IMG/VR virus record: IMGVR_UViG_3300021400_000046
Location: 85,632-149,631 of that record
Origin: a virus
Lineage: Duplodnaviria; Caudoviricetes
DNA: 64,000 nt
Direction: 5' to 3' (one strand)
Under the pieces are notes generated by a model. That model made no database searches and was not told the DNA's origin. It was given only the letters and a program-made list of their open reading frames with translations. Below are positions 47,812 to 58,117 of the stretch, one piece after another (the stretch's first letter is position 1; the number at the start of each line of letters is the position of its first letter). Made by a program: the position numbers and the translations under genes.

Positions 47812-47925
47812 ATTTCCACCACCTTTACTAAAGTATGTAAACTCATAAGGTGGGAATAAGGCTCTGTTTTTGATATGTCACTATGCTATTATCCGCATCA
47901 TCTCCTTCCTACCTTATGATTTATA

Positions 47926-47942
47926 CAGTAAATCATTTACCG
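47926..47942. promoter_or_regulatory. palindromic operator CAGTAAATCATTTAC(C/T)G (copy 1 of 5)
   Basis: Other copies at 49795, 53407, 59861, 60782, each just downstream of a minus-strand sigma-A -10. Confidence 0.8.
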
Positions 47943-48024
47943 TACATACATGATAGCATAAAAATGCGGATTTGTCAATACAATTTGATAACTTTTGTAA
48001 TTGCTTTGATACCTTTTAACTGCG

Positions 48025-48514
48025 TTATTCCTCGATATATTTTTCTTCCAGGGCAGCAGGATTTTTACCTTTTCCAAGTTTCATGACGTTCTCGCCATCT
48101 ACCTTGTAAATGAAATAAGTATCTCTATTGGTTTTCTTCGATGTAATATAGAAGTGTTCACCATTCTTGGATATGATATGTGTCCATATCCGTTCATCAT
48201 CTGGGATTGTATTTTTCTTGTTAGCCAAGGTAGTCACCTGAAATCTGCAATAGGTTTTCAATCTTTCCCCATCCTTCGCGGAGAATTGATTTCATACCAG
48301 ACAAAACGCCCTTGCAGTAAGTATAATTTTTACCAATGATTCGATAGTCAATAAAGTAAGCATTATCGTCCGAAGTGCCAAGATTAAACTCTAATCCTTT
48401 ACCTTCTGCATAGTCAAGTAACTCACAAATAACACTTTTGTGTCTTTCTTCATAGGCGGCAAGATCGTCCACATTTTTTGCAAGCAAAAACTGTCCTTTA
48501 ATAAACGTCCTCAT
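48025..48514 (-). other. two hypothetical ORFs (48025-48261, 48221-48514)
   Basis: Overlapping ORFs in operon. Confidence 0.5.
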
Positions 48515-48515
48515 A

Positions 48516-48830
48516 TCATACCTCCTTCCAACCGTTTTTCTGGATAATTGCTCTCATGTTCGCCACTCCAACAGGATTCATACTGTGAATGTGGATTGGG
48601 TAACTAATTTCATATTCTTCAAGCCAATCAAGCAACTTGATATAGTCACCGCCATCTACTGCATAGTCTCCTGCATCATGGTCAATATCAATCAGTTCTA
48701 TCGGCTCAAATTTCTTATGGTTCCGATCTATATTTCTGCTTCTTGTAATGCAATACTTCGCTTCATTTACGCTCCTGCACCAAACATACCCGTCTGGTGC
48801 AGGGCGCACATCATCAATCCATAGTCTCAT
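48516..48830 (-). CDS. cyclic-phosphate-processing receiver-domain protein
   Basis: RLWIDDVRPAP, IDIDHDAG, IHIHSMNPVG. Confidence 0.8.
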   Translation of the reverse strand: MRLWIDDVRPAPDGYVWCRSVNEAKYCITRSRNIDRNHKKFEPIELIDIDHDAGDYAVDGGDYIKLLDWLEEYEISYPIHIHSMNPVGVANMRAIIQKNGWKEV

Positions 48831-49777
48831 TTTGCAAGTTCCTCAATCATGCTCATAATGTTATTGATCGCATCAACATGAGCCATAGGATCAGTGTTGT
48901 CGGCGTTATCTGCGCCAGCCTTATAAGCCGCTGCGATAATCGAGCGAAGATCATTTGCGTCCAGGCTCACAACTGGCTTTTCAGAAACGTCCTCATAAAC
49001 CTTGTCGCCGGTCACATAATCAGTGAAGAACGTACCAAAATCATCATAATAAGCATCAATCTTCTTTTTCGTCAGGCCAATATAATGCTTAGTAGTCTTG
49101 GTGTCGCTATGGTTATAGATCGTCTGCAACAGTTCCATGCTGTCATAATCGCCAGGATGGAGCATACGGGACATCATACCAAAAGTCTTTCTCGGAGAAT
49201 GAGTGCCGATGTTATACTCAATGCCGATCTCAGCCGCAGCTTTCTTTAAGCCCTTGCGATACCCGTCAGCCGTGATAACTCTACCCTTGAAGTTGCCGCT
49301 GGTCTGTACAAACATATAATCCTTATAGCCATTGGCTGCGGGATTAACGCCTGTGCGCTTGATATAGAGGTTGATCGCATCACGGCAAGCAGAGTTGATA
49401 CGTGGATTTGCCAGCTTATCTGTCTTGTCCTCGACAATCTCCATAAGGTCGGTGCGGAGCTGGCCGGTGGAAGGGTTGAAAACGTGTTCCCACGTCAGTT
49501 CCAGCGTATCACCAATGCGCCGCGCCATGTTGCAGGAGAACACGAAGATTAGGTAGTGCTGCCACATTTCGTTCTGCTCGAAGTAGGCGATCAGTTTCTT
49601 CATGTCCTCGATCTGGATTGGATAGACCTCAGACTTCTTGCCGCGCTGCTTGTTGCACTTGACATTCTTCGGTGTACCGTCTTTCTTCATCTTCGGAAGC
49701 TCAGAAACGATAACCTGACCAGGGAACAGAGGGGAAGTGATCTGAATGATATTGTTAGTAGCTGTTGCAGTTTTCAT
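48827..49777 (-). CDS. tyrosine recombinase/integrase
   Basis: RRIGDTL, KTDK, GTHSPRKTF, YNHS..TKHYIG (R-K-HxxR-H-Y complete). Confidence 0.9.
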   Translation of the reverse strand: MKTATATNNIIQITSPLFPGQVIVSELPKMKKDGTPKNVKCNKQRGKKSEVYPIQIEDMKKLIAYFEQNEMWQHYLIFVFSCNMARRIGDTLELTWEHVFNPSTGQLRTDLMEIVEDKTDKLANPRINSACRDAINLYIKRTGVNPAANGYKDYMFVQTSGNFKGRVITADGYRKGLKKAAAEIGIEYNIGTHSPRKTFGMMSRMLHPGDYDSMELLQTIYNHSDTKTTKHYIGLTKKKIDAYYDDFGTFFTDYVTGDKVYEDVSEKPVVSLDANDLRSIIAAAYKAGADNADNTDPMAHVDAINNIMSMIEELAK

Positions 49778-49873
49778 TGGTATTACCTCCAGAACAGTAA
49801 TTCATTTACTGTAATCATTCTATCACAAGTTCCGTTCTTTGTCAAGCATCTTTTCAAAACTTTTTCTAATTTT

Positions 49874-51546
49874 TTATCCTTCTATGCTTGTATTCAATTT
49901 CTGCCATACAAGATGGGCAAACTGTTTCTTAAATTCAGGATTTGACTTCAACATTTCAGCGAAAATGTACATCAAAAACTGCTCTTTCATCTTAGACCAT
50001 TCTTCCGGTGTCAGATTGGGATTTGCTTCCTTTGCAGCATCGAGCAATTCAGACATAATTTGTTCGCCCTTTTTACTGTTTAGAGCTGCGACCTCTGCCT
50101 GGATTGCTTTCTTGATAAACTGCTCATAATTATTGGTAAATTCGCTCACTGCACAACATCTCCTTTATTAGACATTAATACTGTTCCATCGTTTATTCTT
50201 CCAATACTTCCATTCGATCCTTCCACTGAAAGACCTAACATCTACATCTTCCAAGTTATCAAGTTCCATCAAAAAGTTTCTTATCTTTTCTTTTTCGTAA
50301 TCTGAAACATGGTAAATTGCCGCCCAATGGTTCAGAGTTTGGTCAATTTCATAGACAGACCATTCAAGATCAGACATTGCTGCAATTGCCGCAAGCTGCG
50401 CATCATGCTCTGCAACCACCTTTTCAGCTTCTTCATAGGTTGCATAAACTTCTCTGAAATTCTCACTCGTCCAGTACGCCGGAGTATCATATTTTTTAAT
50501 TAATCTATAACCTTTATTATTGTCAATCTCTGACTCTATTCTGGAATGTTCATTGTCCTGGACTTTCACAAAAACACCATCGGAGATAGCGGCAAGAATA
50601 CCTTCCTCCGTTTTCAGATCATAGTCCTCACGCGGGTATGGGATAAATCCTTCTTCCCATAGTCGCGTATCGTAAGACCAGCCCTTCGGCAACTTTCGCC
50701 ACGGTGTAGGCGTTTCAAAATCCTTAATCGGAACACCATTTACTGTCCGCATATCTTTTGGCTCATATAACTGAATTGCAATCACATCTGGATAGTGTTC
50801 TTCAACTGTGCCAAACTCAACTCGCCATTGGCTATTTCTTGTTACCGGATGTTTTGCGTATTTGTTCACGAAAAAGCACACGCTCCCAACCGGCAATATT
50901 TTCCGATTTATGTCCAGTTTAGGCAATCTTAAACACCTCCATAAAAATGCGGCATTCTCTCTTTTGCTTCCTTCTCTTGCAGTTCAAGAAATTTCTCACG
51001 ATCCATACACCTAACTTTACCGCCGCCAGATCGGAGCTGCCGCGCCGTACTCGCCGCGTATTCCTTGCTTGTAACCGTGACAGAACCGATATAACCGGCA
51101 GTTGTAAAGCATACAACATACACATCTTCGCTTGGCTCGTGCAAATCCTTCAGATACTTTGCATAGTTTCTTGCGTCGCACCCAAAGTAATAGGCATTTT
51201 TGGAATAGAAATCATATCTTTCCTTGTCGTACTTTTTGAAAATTTCAAGGCACTCGTCCATTGTCAATAAGGTTGCCATCTATTATCAACCTACTTTCCC
51301 AAGAATTTGTCCATGTAAGATTAATTCTTTTTCTCCATCAATCCAATAACATGGCATTTTGTCAATGGTGGAAAACGCTTCAATAATTACGCCCGTTTTC
51401 TCAACTCCAAGCATCTCGCCACGGTTGATTGTTTTAATCGAGACAGTTTTGTAACGAACAGTATCATCACATTTGAACAAAATTTTCCACCTCCTAAAAT
51501 CCTGGCTTGTAGGTATTAATAATTGGCGTAATTCCTTGTGCTGCAA
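49874..51546 (-). other. hypothetical ORFs 49874-50149, 50168-50926, 50929-51279, 51286-51546
   Basis: Consecutive ORFs in operon orientation. Confidence 0.6.
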
Positions 51547-53395
51547 AGTAATTCAGAACATCGTCAAGCTGACGTTCATCACAAGAACCATAGCGTGATT
51601 TCTTTGTAGTAACAGCGTAACCGCCGACATTCTCATTGTTAATTTCAAAGAGCAAATCTTCCGGCACAGTGATATAACCATCGTAAATCAGCACGTTCCC
51701 ATGAAGATAGGCGTAATGATCCTGACGCTTGTTCTCAGGCCGTGCAATGAGTTTTACAGCATCATCGTACTGCGCCCACTTCGTATTTGTCGCGCTGCGG
51801 AATTTTCCGTGCGTGGTCGATACGCCGCCGAAATCACTAATTTTAATCATGGTGAATTTCTGATCGTAGACCATCATAGCACGTTCAAACTGAGATTGCA
51901 GACTGTTATACTTTGCAAGAACACGATACATAGCAACCTTAAAAGCCTCATTATTCTTGATTGCCCGAACAACATTAACGGTAAACGGGAATTTATTGTG
52001 TTCTACCCATTCAATCATGCTGGCTTGATAAAGCGGGAAATCCGCATTATCCCATGAACCGAACAAACTATTCTCACCGATAATAGATGCGCTAACATCC
52101 TCCAAATCATCAGCCAACTCGGAATACTTCTTAGCTTCTTCCTCAGAAATTCCGGTGTTGCCGGTGTAAGTGCTGACAATCTTGCTTTCTTCGTCTACAA
52201 GGAACACATAGCGGCAGTAAGAATAGCCCTGCGGATCAACGATAATTTTCAGTTCGTTCTCACAGTAGATCGCAACACAATCAACGCTATACCATTCAAC
52301 GGTTTCACGCTCTGCCTTTGTCATATGTTGATAATCTGCATCGGAATTGATGCGGAAATCATCGGTATGAGTACCACCCTTGCCAGCCACAAAACTGAAA
52401 TCGTGCATCAGAAGTCCAGCGAACAGGTCATAGTTTTCTTTGCTCATGTGGACAGTTCTGGAAACTCTGCACTTGATTCGCGTCATTTCTGCATCAGTAT
52501 AATCAGAAATACGGTTTAGTTTTCTGATATTAGGCTCCAAGCAATCCATCACAAAGAAATCTGCATCGGAGACAACCGCCCCAGCTTCAATCTTTGCAAC
52601 ATTGGATTCTTCTTCGGCTCTGATCCGTTCGGACTCTTGATGCTCAATCTCGCGCTGTCTTGCACGTTCTTCATATTCGCGCTGCTGGCGTTCTTCCTCG
52701 GCGGTTTCCCACGCTGCCTTGCTCTCTGCAAATCTGGCGCTCATGTTCATTTCGGAAACGGTCATTTCACGCTGTTCATAGTAATACTTGTCAAGAATAC
52801 TGGAAACGCCGTAAACACCATAGAAATTCACATCAAAGTAATCGGTCATGCTGTCGCTGTTGTCATAGTTGTAGCTGCTGGCGAAACGGTAGGCGTAATT
52901 TGCAATCGCCTGTGCTTCGTCGCTGTCGAAGCTCCAAGGGCTGCACTTCAAAGTCACATCAATACTGTGCAGATCAGAAGTGACAGACCACTTGCAGAAA
53001 GGGAACCGGCTGCGGAGATGCTTGCGAATGATCGCGGCGATCTCCTTGCAATCATGGATTCGATACAGAGAATAATTGTCAGGGATATTGTCGGTGCGGG
53101 TCATAGCCCAAAGATCATATTCGGCGTTTTCCTTGTTTTCAATACTGTTTTTATAGGCAACAGAAACAGTGCCGCCGCAGGGATTCTCATTTGCTTCCTT
53201 CTTGAAATACTCATTTACAAAAGCAAGAGCCGCTTCACTCTGCTTTGCGTACCACATCTTCTGCTTGCCGCTCCAACGGAAACCATTTTCCTTCAGGCCG
53301 GCCAGGATTTCAGTGCCGGGTTTGCTGTCAAATCTGATCTCAATGCCACTCTTTTCGGCGTTCATCGTAATAGTAGTCATTTCAGTTACCTCCAT
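51494..53395 (-). CDS. large polyvalent-type protein with LPD29-like domain
   Basis: GIEIRF..KP..LKENGFRWS..WY; AAIIRKHL..FP..WSV; YNYDNSDSMTDYFDVNFY. Confidence 0.7.
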   Translation of the reverse strand: MEVTEMTTITMNAEKSGIEIRFDSKPGTEILAGLKENGFRWSGKQKMWYAKQSEAALAFVNEYFKKEANENPCGGTVSVAYKNSIENKENAEYDLWAMTRTDNIPDNYSLYRIHDCKEIAAIIRKHLRSRFPFCKWSVTSDLHSIDVTLKCSPWSFDSDEAQAIANYAYRFASSYNYDNSDSMTDYFDVNFYGVYGVSSILDKYYYEQREMTVSEMNMSARFAESKAAWETAEEERQQREYEERARQREIEHQESERIRAEEESNVAKIEAGAVVSDADFFVMDCLEPNIRKLNRISDYTDAEMTRIKCRVSRTVHMSKENYDLFAGLLMHDFSFVAGKGGTHTDDFRINSDADYQHMTKAERETVEWYSVDCVAIYCENELKIIVDPQGYSYCRYVFLVDEESKIVSTYTGNTGISEEEAKKYSELADDLEDVSASIIGENSLFGSWDNADFPLYQASMIEWVEHNKFPFTVNVVRAIKNNEAFKVAMYRVLAKYNSLQSQFERAMMVYDQKFTMIKISDFGGVSTTHGKFRSATNTKWAQYDDAVKLIARPENKRQDHYAYLHGNVLIYDGYITVPEDLLFEINNENVGGYAVTTKKSRYGSCDERQLDDVLNYFAAQGITPIINTYKPGF

Positions 53396-53476
53396 GTTGT
53401 CGTTAGCAGTAAATCATTTACTGTAATCATTATAGCACAAAAATCAGATTTGTCAATAGGGTTTTCAAAACATTTT

Positions 53477-54945
53477 CTAATTTTTTGAAAAAAGTCTGCC
53501 GCAGATAGGGCAATTGTTAATCTGGATCGTATCAAGTAGGTCTATAACATCTGGCTGCGCGGCTAAAAACGTTCTTGCACGTAGCAATCCATGACAATTT
53601 ACAGCGATCTCAACACATGAAAATTGCGCCGTCTTATTCAGCGGAACAAAATCATTACTACCATTGTCACAAATAACGCACTTACTCATTCTTATTTACA
53701 CACCACGCTCTACGCTCGTCAGAAGGCAGTTCCTTCGGCGGCATTTCGTCACCGTGCATTTCACATAACCCAAAATCATCTGCAATATCATCAAGGCATT
53801 GCCCTAATGCCGTAGCAAATCGGCATTCAATTAGTTCTTTCCAACAATAATTACCCATTGCCACCTTAACTATCTCCGATGCAATCATCATAAATCAGTT
53901 TTGAGATTTTTGAAATTGTTTCAAATGACAGTTTACTTCTATAAAAAGAATTATCATGGAAATACATATAAATGTCTTGATATTGTGATCCTGCGATCTT
54001 GTACTTCTTATATTCTTCTTCCGTTTCAAACAAAAGATAACCATAGTTATAATCGTTTACACATTCGCCTGTTTCATTGTCAAATTTTTCAGACGAATAG
54101 TTACCTGTTTTAACATAGAAATACTTGTTCCCAATTTTTTCAACTACACCAGTTTTAATTGGATATTTACTATAGTTTCCAGTACCTACAAGGATCAATT
54201 CTTGTCCGACATGAATATGCTTGATTGTTCTGCAAGATTTCAAACTGATCTCCGTTTTCATTTTATCTACCTTCAACCCCATCGTCAAATTCGTTTATTG
54301 CACAAATAATTTCTTGGAGTAAATCGCGTGTTTCGATAATTGCTCCATCCTCATATAACACTGCTGCCTTTTTCAGATCAGCAATAATCAATTCGTCTTT
54401 TAATTCGCCACGCTTATAATACTTTGTTTCCATGATGTTCACTCCCAAAATATATTAAAAATTATTCATTTATCTTCTAAATACTTAACAAATTTATTGC
54501 ACAACAAACAATATAATTGGGTTTTCTTTCGATTTTTCGTAACATTTACAGGTCTTATACTATTACTTTTATTTTGGCTTAGAATTAAATAACCAGACGT
54601 TTGTTCTGAACCATCATAAGAATATCCTTTTGTTATAACAATCATCTTTTTAGTATATAAACCAAGTACACTACCACAATGGGGACAACATCTAATAGAA
54701 TCTTTTTGTGGCAAATTTGTATATTTGTAAATCAAATTTTTAACATATCTTGATAATTCTTCAAGAGATTCATTTCTACCGCCATCTGGATAATCTGGAC
54801 TTGCGTATACCATAATTGTTTTCAAATCATTATATTCATTTTCTGTAATTTGCCCTTTAATTTTTTCTAAACGGCTACACGCTTTCTGATAGTTCGCATA
54901 ATAAAATGCTTCTTGAAGCAATCTTTCTAATTGAAAACAAATCAT
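53477..54945 (-). other. small hypothetical ORFs 53477-53689, 53682-53891, 53866-54288, 54263-54448, 54466-54945
   Basis: Overlapping or abutting ORFs. Confidence 0.55.
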
Positions 54946-55118
54946 CGTTAATTTCCATCACTTTTTATTTATTAAAATCATATCGCTCTGGCGATACAGG
55001 CGAAGCGCCTGGGCTTTTGTGTAACCGTAGTATTGTTTTACTCCGTAGGCTCCATAAACAACCCAAGCGCCGCGCTCGTTTCTCTCAGTGAAATAGATGG
55101 TATTTTGATTGATTAACC

Positions 55119-55439
55119 TCATTCCGGCTTATATTCGTAATCCAGATCACCGGCTGCGTACTTCGCATAATCAACTCGGATCAGCTTTTTGCCGCCGACA
55201 TTTGCGGCAGCTCCGAAGGCCATTCTGCCAACTACACCGACAAAGTTGATCGTGTTGTCGCCATTTACTGCCATGATCTCGGAATACTCCCGACTTGTGG
55301 GCTTCTGCCCGTCGCAATAGGTGAAACCTTCGGCCTCTGCCTGTTCAAGAAACGCCTTACCCGTCTGATTGTCCTTCAGATACACATATACACGGTCATT
55401 CTCAAAAGGAAACTCTGTCAAATTCTTAATTGTTCTCAT
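55119..55439 (-). CDS. hypothetical protein under SAM-I riboswitch control
   Basis: 106-aa ORF with AAAGG RBS directly downstream of the riboswitch terminator. Confidence 0.75.
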   Translation of the reverse strand: MRTIKNLTEFPFENDRVYVYLKDNQTGKAFLEQAEAEGFTYCDGQKPTSREYSEIMAVNGDNTINFVGVVGRMAFGAAANVGGKKLIRVDYAKYAAGDLDYEYKPE

Positions 55440-55487
55440 ACTGCTTTCAAAACCTTTCTAATAGTTATTTCTATCAGACTGTATGAA

Positions 55488-55516
55488 AGAAAAAATCCCA
55501 TCGTCACCGATAGGAT
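55488..55516 (-). terminator. riboswitch expression-platform terminator
   Basis: ATCCTATCG-GTGA-CGATGGGAT followed by a U tract. Confidence 0.85.
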
Positions 55517-55521
55517 CAATG

Positions 55522-55604
55522 CCTATCGGTCAAGCATTACCACCTTGCCATCTGGTAGGTTGGTGTACGGTCAACGGGCTTGTCCCTCACGCACTCTTAA
55601 TAGG
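55522..55604 (-). ncRNA. SAM-I (S-box) riboswitch aptamer, P4-less variant
   Basis: P1 CCTATT/GATAGG, AAGAG, P2 GTGCG/CGTAC with GA kink-turn and GGG/CCC, P3 CC-AA-CCT/AGG-T-GG, pseudoknot CAAGC/GCTTG. Confidence 0.85.
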
Positions 55605-55611
55605 TGTCTAT

Positions 55612-55652
55612 ATTATAACACATCATGTATTATTTGTCAATGTAGTTTTCAC
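55612..55652 (-). promoter_or_regulatory. extended -10 sigma-A promoter driving the riboswitch
   Basis: TTGACA(55640-55635)-17-TATAAT(55617-55612), TG extension, TGTGAAAACTAC upstream box. Confidence 0.85.
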
Positions 55653-55668
55653 ATCAATTCTTGCGCAC

Positions 55669-55974
55669 TTACTCGCGCAGTAGTTCATAAATATCAACAT
55701 CAAGTGCCGCCGCGATTGCACACACTTTCAGAAACGGAGCTTTCACATTGCTGCGGCCTCGGTTGATCCAGGCGTAAACACTATCTCTCTTGCTTCCTGT
55801 AATTTCTACCAGCTTGTCAAGCCTTGTTGAATAGGTTACACAATCAGGAAATTTTATAGCAAGATAATTCTCTATGTTCTCGGCAAGTTTTACCTTATCT
55901 ATAGTTTCCCATTTCGCATTTAGTTCAAGTATTTGGGCGGCAAGATTGATCTCCATTCCTGTGTCCCTCCTCAT
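55669..55974 (-). CDS. XRE-like HTH protein
   Basis: LVEITGSKRDSVYAW..P..VCAIAAALDVDIYELL. Confidence 0.7.
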   Translation of the reverse strand: MRRDTGMEINLAAQILELNAKWETIDKVKLAENIENYLAIKFPDCVTYSTRLDKLVEITGSKRDSVYAWINRGRSNVKAPFLKVCAIAAALDVDIYELLRE

Positions 55975-56081
55975 AAAAGATTTCTTTTATTTTACAGGAA
56001 GGAGGAGCCTTTGTCAACTGCCATTCAGAGCAACCACCGTTGTTTTGCCAAACACACCGATTGCATTTGCCATAACAGGCT

Positions 56082-56624
56082 TTATGCTCTGTTTGCATAT
56101 CGCAATCCCATGTTCACAAAATGCTGGGGCATCTGCCTCTTGCCATTTAGGTAATGACTAAGCGTTGACGTGTTCATGCCAAGTTTATTTGCGCAATCGG
56201 AAAGAGAATTATATGTAATGCCATTGCAGACAATGGTTTTCTTTACGCCTCTGCTTGCCGCCGTCTTATGTTGTACCTTGATTTCCGGCTGATCTGAGAA
56301 ATTCGCGTACCTCTCAATATAAACAGGCTGACGGAATTGAGCTGGGTTATATGTATAGTCTCTGACGTACTGCAAGACGGCTTGACGGCCTTCATAATAG
56401 AACATCATGGTCATAACATAGTCCATGTATTCGGCTCTTATATCGGCTTCCTTGCCGCCTTGCGCAAGATATTTTTCTGTGATTTTGTCAATTGCCCGGT
56501 CAATAAATACGCTGTCCTTATCAGAAAGTTCGGGAATAAACTCGTCCATGTTGATCCTCCTTAATGTGCAAGATTGTAATAGATACCCGGTGTTCTTGAA
56601 ACGTTGTAGATATAACTGCCGCAT
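56082..56624 (-). CDS. hypothetical protein with C-terminal NUMOD1-like HTH (start probably 56549)
   Basis: IVCNGITYNSLSDCANKLGMNTSTLSHYLNG. Confidence 0.6.
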   Translation of the reverse strand: MRQLYLQRFKNTGYLLQSCTLRRINMDEFIPELSDKDSVFIDRAIDKITEKYLAQGGKEADIRAEYMDYVMTMMFYYEGRQAVLQYVRDYTYNPAQFRQPVYIERYANFSDQPEIKVQHKTAASRGVKKTIVCNGITYNSLSDCANKLGMNTSTLSHYLNGKRQMPQHFVNMGLRYANRA

Positions 56625-56744
56625 CGTACAAGGAGAGCATTTTCTCCATAATACAGTTTCTTCATTCCGGCGACGCTGCCGCTTGCATGGAAGTTCGGGT
56701 AATTGTCGATATGATATTTCTTTCCATCTTCAACTCGCAAATAT

Positions 56745-57077
56745 TTAACTCGCATTGCAGACCTCCAAGTGCATTCTCATTCCATTATCTTGCGGCAAAG
56801 TCCACGCCTTGCCATAACTTTTATAGTCATATTCATCGTCTCCGTACCACTTACCCCATAACAGCCTGATCTCTCCGGCCATTTCATCAAACAAAACAAT
56901 CCCTTTGTACGGCTTATATGTTAATTTAACATAATCACCAAACCTAATAACAGTACCGTTCTTGTCTTTTAATCCAGTGTCGGAACCAATATTTCGCGGG
57001 CATTTCTTGATTTTCCGATCAAAGTTATGCTCAATACCATCTTTTTTAGAAATCTTCTTAGGAATTATTCTGTGCAT
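56745..57077 (-). CDS. YopX-like protein
   Basis: TGLKDKNGTVIRFGDYV. Confidence 0.55.
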   Translation of the reverse strand: MHRIIPKKISKKDGIEHNFDRKIKKCPRNIGSDTGLKDKNGTVIRFGDYVKLTYKPYKGIVLFDEMAGEIRLLWGKWYGDDEYDYKSYGKAWTLPQDNGMRMHLEVCNAS

Positions 57078-57079
57078 TG

Positions 57080-58039
57080 TTATTTCCTTTCGTAAATTGG
57101 TTTACCTCTGAACAAAACACGGGTGATATTCTTGCAGTAAAGCAACTTGTTCTGGTCTTTCCACAAACTATCACTTGCGTCGATTGCTTTCATCATATCA
57201 GTACCCATCTTATCCGTCTGGAAGCTATAAGAATTGAAATAATGCCGATCTACAAGGTGACTAATAATCTGACATGGCTCGATTTTTGCGCTCGCTCTCT
57301 TACCGTCATGCTCAAACTCGGCCACAACAAATTTTGCGTCAATAGAATTAACTGCATTAGCAAGCTCAACTTCGTATTCTTCTATAATGGTTCCAGACTT
57401 GATAAGGTTTTCAAGCGCAATCTCATAAGACTTCGCTGCGTCAATCGTATCTTTTCTCTCGTCCAGTTTCTTCTTGCATTCTTCGCCCAAATCAAGGCCA
57501 AAGGCAAGAATCTTCATATACTCAGCTCGGCTAAATGCAATACCAAACTGTGTGACAATAGAATGGCTATTGTTTTTCTTTGTTTCTTTGCTGTCAAATA
57601 CTCGCGCCCTTGCATCACAAATAAGAGTATCTTCAACAAAATTTGTCCGCGTTGGCAGAATGGTATTGTAATATGCTGGGAAAGCAACTTCTCCCATATA
57701 TTGATTTAACGATTTCCAATACTCGGAAAGCGAATGCACATGACCGCCGCAGAAATCATCTGGAATGCCGTTTTCATAATGGGAATTTCCAAATTCATAG
57801 AGTTCTTCTGCGTAGATTTCATTGCCAACAACAACTGCCGCAAAACTATACTTCGTGTCGCTGCCAACATAGAAATCTTTTTCATATCCGGTTGCCATAT
57901 AGAAATAGATTGCTTTGCCAACCTCGCAGCTCATAAAATGAACATCATATTTGTCGCCATGCTCAATCAGAAATGATTTTTCTCCGTTTCTGACTCGCTC
58001 GACAAATTCCACAAATACATTCAATCTGTTATCAGTCAT
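57080..58039 (-). CDS. hypothetical protein
   Basis: 319-aa ORF with GGAGG RBS. Confidence 0.7.
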   Translation of the reverse strand: MTDNRLNVFVEFVERVRNGEKSFLIEHGDKYDVHFMSCEVGKAIYFYMATGYEKDFYVGSDTKYSFAAVVVGNEIYAEELYEFGNSHYENGIPDDFCGGHVHSLSEYWKSLNQYMGEVAFPAYYNTILPTRTNFVEDTLICDARARVFDSKETKKNNSHSIVTQFGIAFSRAEYMKILAFGLDLGEECKKKLDERKDTIDAAKSYEIALENLIKSGTIIEEYEVELANAVNSIDAKFVVAEFEHDGKRASAKIEPCQIISHLVDRHYFNSYSFQTDKMGTDMMKAIDASDSLWKDQNKLLYCKNITRVLFRGKPIYERK

Positions 58040-58117
58040 TGTTTTGCCTCCGTTGTTTTCATTACTGTTTTTAGTCTGTTATCTTTCGCCCATGCCGAAA
58101 CATGAGCGGAAGAAAGA

